Of a stretch of DNA of 34,477 nt, positions 28,882 through 34,477 are shown piece by piece. A program made the position numbers and the translations under genes. The notes under the pieces were generated by a model that saw only the letters and a list, made by a program, of their open reading frames with translations, was not told where the DNA came from and searched no databases. Position 1 is the first letter of the stretch, and each line of letters starts with the position of its first letter. The stretch lies in the sequence record SRR22947727_1903; one strand, written 5' to 3'.

Positions 28882-29860
28882 GGTGGGCCACCACCTTGCG
28901 CAGGTGAGCAATGACGCGATCGCGGAGGTCTGCTGGCTCGAGAACCATGACGTCGTCACCAAATGAACTCAGTTCGCCGGCAAAAATGTCGACATCGGTG
29001 TAGTGAACTCTCAGCTCCCCCTCACCGATCTGGGTTCCGAGGCGTTGCGATAGCGCACTCCACGCATCGGAATCTTGGCTTACGGCAAGTGTCGTGATCT
29101 GACGGTCGTAAAGGTTTGTCAGGTCGGCAAGAGCATCCTCAGCGACGCGTTCCGCACCAGAGACAGCTTCCTCGGACAGGATCCTGACTGTTGACACGAT
29201 GCGACGCAGAAGGAACGTCTTGTTCTGAGCGCTCGACGTTTCCTGGCTGTAGAGGTGCCAGCGCCCCTCGTGGTTCACCAGAGCAAGCGGTGACACTTGC
29301 CGCCTCGATGCCACGGCCTCCCCTGGTTTGAGGTACTCGAACTCGACCTGCAGCCCGCGCTCCAGAGCATCGCGGAGCGCGGTGAGCGCGGGGTCCCTGG
29401 TGCTAATCAGAGGGGCAAAGCCTAGGAGAGGCTCGTCAATGTGGACGCCAAAAGATTGGAGTTTGCGGGTGGCGATGTGAGCTTCTTTGGAGAGTGTCCC
29501 CTCCCGCCACAGTGTGGCCGCAAGGTTCAGGAGAGCAATATCGCGCCCGGTGAACTCAACGCCGTCAGGCAGGTCATATTCACCCTTGGGAATGCGATAC
29601 AGGGTGTTCTTGTTGTTGCCATCGTCTTCAGGAGGAATGGTGGCCTCCAGGGGAATCCCCAGTTCGCGAAGAGCATCCTTGTCGCGCTCAAACCGACGCT
29701 CCAGGCTTTCCCGAGCCATCCCCGATTCGGTGTCCTCGCGATACCCGCGAACTGTCGAGAGGATGTGCTCTTTGGTGAGACCTGAGCGGGTCGCCATCAG
29801 GGCGAGAATCAGGTGAAAAAGCCTGTCCTCGGGATTGACGCTTTGAGACCCTGTGCTCAC
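28874..29860 (-). CDS. pafB: PafB-like HTH-WYL-WCX transcriptional regulator
   Basis: EDRLFHLILAL, ERRFERDKDALRELGIP, VSPLAL...GRWHL...TFLLRRI, VLEPADLR. Confidence 0.92.
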   Translation of the reverse strand: MSTGSQSVNPEDRLFHLILALMATRSGLTKEHILSTVRGYREDTESGMARESLERRFERDKDALRELGIPLEATIPPEDDGNNKNTLYRIPKGEYDLPDGVEFTGRDIALLNLAATLWREGTLSKEAHIATRKLQSFGVHIDEPLLGFAPLISTRDPALTALRDALERGLQVEFEYLKPGEAVASRRQVSPLALVNHEGRWHLYSQETSSAQNKTFLLRRIVSTVRILSEEAVSGAERVAEDALADLTNLYDRQITTLAVSQDSDAWSALSQRLGTQIGEGELRVHYTDVDIFAGELSSFGDDVMVLEPADLRDRVIAHLRKVVAHHG

Positions 29861-29894
29861 TGGCTCATCCTAAGCCTCGAGGAAGAGCAACGCT

Positions 29895-30887
29895 CTAGTT
29901 ACTCACGCCCAGAATGTCGAACACAAACACCAGGGTCTGGTTCTCTCCCACACCGGGTGGGAGATTCTCAGGCAGGTACCCCAGTTGCGGTGGAACCGAA
30001 ACGAGGACTTGAGAACCCACAGTTTTTCCGACGAGAGCCTGCGCAAGACCGGGAATCACACCTTCACCAGTGGCAGACGTTGTCTGGTCATCGGCTATCA
30101 AGCCCAGAGGAACGCCCTGGTCAAAACTGGAGATAAACACCTGTCGGGTGTTCCACACCACTCCAGTGAAGTGGGTGGTGACAAAATCACCCTGCATGAT
30201 GGGCTCGCCCTCCCCCATCTTCAAGACCGAGACCCGGAGATCCTCGGGAATCGGGGCATTGGGAAAACTGAACCCGTGGTGCCCGGTGGGCGCCTGAGTG
30301 ATAGTGGGCAGGCCCGATTGCGGAAGGCGCGCTGATCCGTCAGCTCGTCCGGGGTAGGTGTCGTGTACGTCGATAACAGCAACAACGGTGGACGTGTTCT
30401 TGAGGTAGTCATCCTCGTCAATCTGTCCGAAAATGTCCGCCAGTGCAGCGGTCACCACAATCTGGGAACCCGGTTTCTGGCACTCGAGAACTTGGGCAAA
30501 GAAGTCGGGAAGTTCAGGATTCACAGGCCTGCGAACAGGGTTGGAAGGGTTGTAGCTGGACCCCGTGAGATACATTTCATCGCTGCCGACAAACACACTC
30601 ACATCAAAATCAATGTAGCCACCGGCTCTGGCAGGCTCACCCTCGCCCTCCTCCACAATGGTGACCTGACGCTCCGGAGTGATCAGGGGGGTCGGAAAAG
30701 ATACTTCAGGCTGAGGAGAGTCTCCCCTGGCGGTTGCCACCAGACTGGAGACATTCCCGCTCTGGTAGGGAAGTTCACAGGTGCGCTCGTCTTCGGCGAC
30801 CTGAAGCGCACCAAGAGCTAAAGCTCCCCCTGCGGAGACGACGAGTGCGGAAATTCCAAGGACACCAAGAAGGGAAAGCTGAGGCAT
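29895..30887 (-). CDS. Exported FKBP-type peptidyl-prolyl isomerase (two FKBP-like domains)
   Basis: Hydrophobic N-terminus; C-terminal GVIPGLAQALVGKTVGSQVLVSVPPQLGY...TLVFVFDILG; conserved position upstream of pafB. Confidence 0.88.
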   Translation of the reverse strand: MPQLSLLGVLGISALVVSAGGALALGALQVAEDERTCELPYQSGNVSSLVATARGDSPQPEVSFPTPLITPERQVTIVEEGEGEPARAGGYIDFDVSVFVGSDEMYLTGSSYNPSNPVRRPVNPELPDFFAQVLECQKPGSQIVVTAALADIFGQIDEDDYLKNTSTVVAVIDVHDTYPGRADGSARLPQSGLPTITQAPTGHHGFSFPNAPIPEDLRVSVLKMGEGEPIMQGDFVTTHFTGVVWNTRQVFISSFDQGVPLGLIADDQTTSATGEGVIPGLAQALVGKTVGSQVLVSVPPQLGYLPENLPPGVGENQTLVFVFDILGVSN

Positions 30888-30911
30888 GGCGCCAGTCTAT
30901 CGAGGCGACAC

Positions 30912-31883
30912 TTAGAGAACTTCTCTCGCCGACTTCTCCGCGCGCTCCTGAGCTTGACGGACTGTTTTGCGAATTTTCTTGTCGCTGGCGTGACGTTGAC
31001 CGGTAGCGCCCGGCGTCCACGCCTCGACGTCCTCATCGGAGTATTCGGGCTTTGCCACGCGTCGCTTCGTCTCCGGAAGCAACACACCCGGCGCGAGCGC
31101 GCGTGCGGTCATCAAGAACCCCGTGTGCCCAATCATGCGGTGCTCGGGTCGAACAGCAAGACCCTCCACATGCCAAGGGCGCAGAAGAACTTCGAGCGAT
31201 TCGGGATTGGTGAACCGTCCGGAGCCTCGCACTGCCTCCACCACGCGCGAAAGCTGAGTCACCGTGGCGACATAGACCGCCAAAACGCCACCGGGAATCA
31301 GAACATGACTCACCGCCTCGACGCATTCCCACGGGGCAAGCATGTCCAGCACAACCCGATCCACACTGCCTTCGGGGTGGGCGGTGGCGAGATCCTGAAA
31401 ATCCCCCACCTCGATGCTCCACTGTAAGAGTGGGTGTCCAAAGAAGGCCTCGGCATTAGCCCGGGCAATGTCGGCAAACTCCTCGCGGCGCTCCAGGGAG
31501 ATCAGCGACCCCTGATCCCCCACAGCTCGCAGGATCGACATGCTGAGCGCGCCAGATCCCACTCCGGCTTCCATGACTCGGTGGCCGGGTTGGATATCAG
31601 CTAGGGAAACAATCTGCGCCGCATCTTTGGGGTAAATGATGGCGGCACCCCGAGCCATGGAAAGGACAAAGTCAGAGAGCATCGGGCGAAGCGCCAGATA
31701 GGCGACGTCACGGTCGGTGGTGACCACTGACCCTTCAGGGTGACCGATCAGGTCGTCGTGAAAGATTTGACCCTTGTGGGTGTGGAAACTACCCCCTGCC
31801 TCGAGGGTGATGGTGTGCAAAATACCTTTGGGGCCTCGCAACTGCACGTGATCCCCCACCTGGAGGGCTCCCCGACGAACCAT
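30912..31883 (-). CDS. trmI: tRNA (adenine58-N1)-methyltransferase
   Basis: MARGAAIIYPKD, EAGVGSGALS, LDMLAPW, MIGHTGFL. Start ATG 31883, TGATG-coupled to the HAD gene. Confidence 0.95.
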   Translation of the reverse strand: MVRRGALQVGDHVQLRGPKGILHTITLEAGGSFHTHKGQIFHDDLIGHPEGSVVTTDRDVAYLALRPMLSDFVLSMARGAAIIYPKDAAQIVSLADIQPGHRVMEAGVGSGALSMSILRAVGDQGSLISLERREEFADIARANAEAFFGHPLLQWSIEVGDFQDLATAHPEGSVDRVVLDMLAPWECVEAVSHVLIPGGVLAVYVATVTQLSRVVEAVRGSGRFTNPESLEVLLRPWHVEGLAVRPEHRMIGHTGFLMTARALAPGVLLPETKRRVAKPEYSDEDVEAWTPGATGQRHASDKKIRKTVRQAQERAEKSAREVL

Positions 31884-32566
31884 CAGGAAGCATCCTGCCG
31901 TCGATGGTTCCGCCACACGGCATGGAGGTCGCCTACGGTTTTGCCCTCAAGAGAGGACCACATTTCGTGGACCGAGTTGTGCGGAATGCCTACGTGTAGC
32001 GGGATTCCAATCGTGATGGCTCCGGCGGAAAATGCGCTCGCCGCTCCAAAGGCAGAATCTTCCAGCGCCACTGTGGCCTGAATATCCACCCCGAGAGCGC
32101 TGGCACCCTTCAGGTAGGCCTCGGGGTTTGGTTTGGGGGCCTCAACGTCATCGCCGGCGACAATCGCCTGAAACACCGGCTTGCCCAACTCTTTCTCCAC
32201 GGCGTGAGCGAGCGCTACCGCGTTCTTGCGCAGCGACATCGTCACCAACGCACAGGGAATATCTGCCTCGAGAAGCCCTTGAAACAGCTCACGAACACCG
32301 GGGCGCCACGGAACAGCGTCCTCAATTTGGGCCAGAACCCTATCGCTGAGGCGGTGCACAATGTCATCTAGCTCCAGGCCAACGCCTGCAGCTTTGAGCA
32401 GAGACGCGGAGTTCCACAAGCCGCTACCCACCAGCGCGTAGCCCTGCTCTTCGCTCCAGGTTCCGCCAAAACTTTCGACCAATTCCCGCTCCGCGGTCAT
32501 CCAATACGGCTCAGAATCAATGATGGTTCCATCCATATCGAAGAGCGCCGCCTGCATGTGGTCCAT
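31883..32566 (-). CDS. HAD-superfamily (IA) phosphatase
   Basis: FDMDGTIIDSE, LVT, KPNPEAY, LEDS motifs. Confidence 0.93.
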   Translation of the reverse strand: MDHMQAALFDMDGTIIDSEPYWMTAERELVESFGGTWSEEQGYALVGSGLWNSASLLKAAGVGLELDDIVHRLSDRVLAQIEDAVPWRPGVRELFQGLLEADIPCALVTMSLRKNAVALAHAVEKELGKPVFQAIVAGDDVEAPKPNPEAYLKGASALGVDIQATVALEDSAFGAASAFSAGAITIGIPLHVGIPHNSVHEMWSSLEGKTVGDLHAVWRNHRRQDAS

Positions 32567-32628
32567 ATCGAGGAAGTCTACTGGGCGCCCTGAGAGGGGT
32601 AGGCTGGTGCCACATCACCGGAGGTTGC

Positions 32629-33483
32629 ATGTCTCAAAGCCCCATGAGCGACCCGAGCAAACTGCTTATTGTCGCGTTCGAAGGCTGGAACGATGCGGGT
32701 GACTCTGCCACCACGGCGGCCCAAACTCTTCTGGATCAACGCGTCCACGTGGTGCTCTCCCAGATCGACCCTGAAGAGTACTTTGACTTTCAGTTGACCA
32801 GGCCACTCGTCGAGCACGCCAGCGATGGAACCCGGTTCCTCAACTGGCCAGATGTCACCCTTTACGGGCCAGAGCCCGGCGATGACGAGACTCCCTACGT
32901 GTTGGTGGGGCAAGAGCCTTCCCGTCTGTGGCGATCCTTTGCCTCCACCATGGTCGACCTGGCGCTCACTCACGGAATCGAGACGATTGTGTTCCTCGGC
33001 GCGATGCTCGCTGATGTGCCACACTCCAGGCCGGTGAGAGTCACCGCAACGAGCGATGACCACGACATCCGGGAGCACTTCGATATCGAGAAGTCGTCCT
33101 ATGAAGGCCCGGTCGGGGTTCTGACGGTGTTTTCTCTCGCCGCAGCGGAAGTCGGCATCCCCTCGCTCCACCTGTGGGCGCATGTTCCCCACTATGTCCA
33201 CACCTCCCCCTCCCCCAAAGCAACCCTCGCGCTGTTAGAGAAACTCGAGGAGATGACTGGGATTGACACCGACCGCGAAGCCCTTGAGGTGGAAGCGCTG
33301 CGGTGGGAAGAGGGAATTGACGCGCTTGCCGCTGAAGACGATGACATGACTGCCTACATCGATCAGCTCGAGCAGGCCCGGGACGCAGCAGATGCTCCTG
33401 AGGCCTCAGGTGACGCTATTGCCGAGGAGTTTGAGAAATACCTGCAGAGTCGTCCCGATCGGCCAGGCTCCACCGAGTCATAG
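32629..33483 (+). CDS. PAC2 family (proteasome assembly chaperone-like) protein
   Basis: AFEGWNDAG, DPEEYFDFQLTRP, LGAMLADVPHSRP, YEGPVG, WAHVPHY, SPKATLAL; GGAGG RBS. Confidence 0.92.
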   Translation: MSQSPMSDPSKLLIVAFEGWNDAGDSATTAAQTLLDQRVHVVLSQIDPEEYFDFQLTRPLVEHASDGTRFLNWPDVTLYGPEPGDDETPYVLVGQEPSRLWRSFASTMVDLALTHGIETIVFLGAMLADVPHSRPVRVTATSDDHDIREHFDIEKSSYEGPVGVLTVFSLAAAEVGIPSLHLWAHVPHYVHTSPSPKATLALLEKLEEMTGIDTDREALEVEALRWEEGIDALAAEDDDMTAYIDQLEQARDAADAPEASGDAIAEEFEKYLQSRPDRPGSTES

Positions 33484-34335
33484 TGGGTCGATAAACCCGG
33501 TTCCCAGAGCAATCAGGAGAGCTGTTCCGAGCGCCACCCGGTAGATCACAAACGGCATGAAGCTTCTCGTGGCGATGTAGCGCATCAGCCAGGCAATCAC
33601 CGCGAGAGCAACACCAAAGGCGACGATGGTGGCCGCGGTGATCTCTAACAAGCTAAAAGGTCCCGCCAACTCGGGGCGCGTGAGTGCGGTGTTGAGCTCG
33701 TAGAAACCACTCCCAAACACTGCAGGGATGGCCAGCAGGAACGAATATCTCGTTGCGGATACTCGGTCATATCCGAGCGTTCGTCCCATCGCGATGGTTG
33801 CACCCGAGCGTGAGACACCCGGTATCAGGGCGAGTGTTTGGGCGACACCGTAGAGCACACCGTGAGGAACAGTGAGAGCTGTGAGATCGCGAGTTTTTCG
33901 CCCCCACCAATCCGCCACGGCCAGAATCAATCCGAACACGATGAGAACGGTGGCGACGAGCCAGAGTGAGCGAAAGGCTCCTCGGATGTAGTCCTGTGCG
34001 GTGTAGCCCACCACCACAATCGGCAGCGTTCCCACAATGATGAGCCAGCCCATGCGAGCGTGAGAGCGATCCTCAGCGGAGGCCTCAGACCACCAGGCTC
34101 GACCCTTACCGAGGGAGCGGAACCAGCCCTGGAGAATGCGCCCAATGTCTTTGGCGAAATAGACCAAGACCGCGAGCTCGGTGCCGATTTGGGTGATGGC
34201 GGTGAAGGTCGCCCCCGGGTCTGTTGCGGCGGGCAGGAATTCCCCGGCGATGCGCAGGTGGGCGCTGGAGGAGATGGGGAGGAACTCTGTCAGGCCCTGG
34301 ATAAGTCCCAATATCAGCGCGTCCAGTAAGCCCAT
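33478..34335 (-). CDS. uppP: Undecaprenyl-diphosphatase
   Basis: QGLTEFLPISSSAHL, AQTLALIPGVSRSGATI, YSFLLAIP. Confidence 0.96.
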   Translation of the reverse strand: MGLLDALILGLIQGLTEFLPISSSAHLRIAGEFLPAATDPGATFTAITQIGTELAVLVYFAKDIGRILQGWFRSLGKGRAWWSEASAEDRSHARMGWLIIVGTLPIVVVGYTAQDYIRGAFRSLWLVATVLIVFGLILAVADWWGRKTRDLTALTVPHGVLYGVAQTLALIPGVSRSGATIAMGRTLGYDRVSATRYSFLLAIPAVFGSGFYELNTALTRPELAGPFSLLEITAATIVAFGVALAVIAWLMRYIATRSFMPFVIYRVALGTALLIALGTGFIDPL

Positions 34336-34429
34336 CCTCTAACGCTAAGGCATGGGCCTGATGCCCGGTGGACTTTAGTGGTAATGTCGTGTCTCGGTCG
34401 CGTCGTGTTGTGTAAATGACATGGTGTGC

Positions 34430-34477
34430 GCGCGGGTGGCGGAATGGCAGACGCGCTAGCTTGAGGTGCTAGTGCCC
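34430..34477 (+). tRNA. tRNA-Leu (anticodon GAG), 3'-truncated by window edge
   Basis: GCGCGGG-TGGCGGAATGGCAGACGCG D-arm; anticodon arm CTAGC-TT-GAG-GT-GCTAG (anticodon 34463-34465). Confidence 0.93.

Noticed and set aside
27892..29860. WYL tandem as an anti-phage or CRISPR-associated regulator
   Set aside because: Sequence and context (FKBP-pafB-pafC-tatA-tatC-helY) match the housekeeping PafBC locus; no defence genes are adjacent.
32532..32571. TCCATATCGA repeated twice at the HAD start
   Set aside because: Largely explained by coding (D-M-D-like codons) and is short.

Overview
Compact, GC-rich actinobacterial core-genome window. Gene content and order suggest a streamlined Microbacteriaceae-like organism (inference). 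It holds the end of the dcw cluster (ftsZ-yggS-sepF-yggT-divIVA), rluA-dnaE, hisD-nrdR-pyrD and the bcc-aa3 respiratory supercomplex genes (ctaCDF, ctaE-qcrCAB). These are followed by trpD, NUDIX/SDR/GDPD, lnt, a HelY-like helicase, tatAC, pafBC, FKBP, trmI, HAD, PAC2, uppP and the 5' part of tRNA-Leu(GAG). I found no mobile element, prophage, CRISPR array, intein or clearly novel multi-gene system. The strongest signal outside the ORF track is a 28-bp XerCD dif-like site at 20732-20759, where dominant gene orientation flips, so the window probably spans the replication terminus. Several genes usually found in these neighbourhoods are absent: lspA (a 21-aa mini-ORF sits in its place), rbpA/ppm1 and the Pup-proteasome block. 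There is also a duplicated palindromic 12-mer around the ctaE promoter and many apparently leaderless genes.
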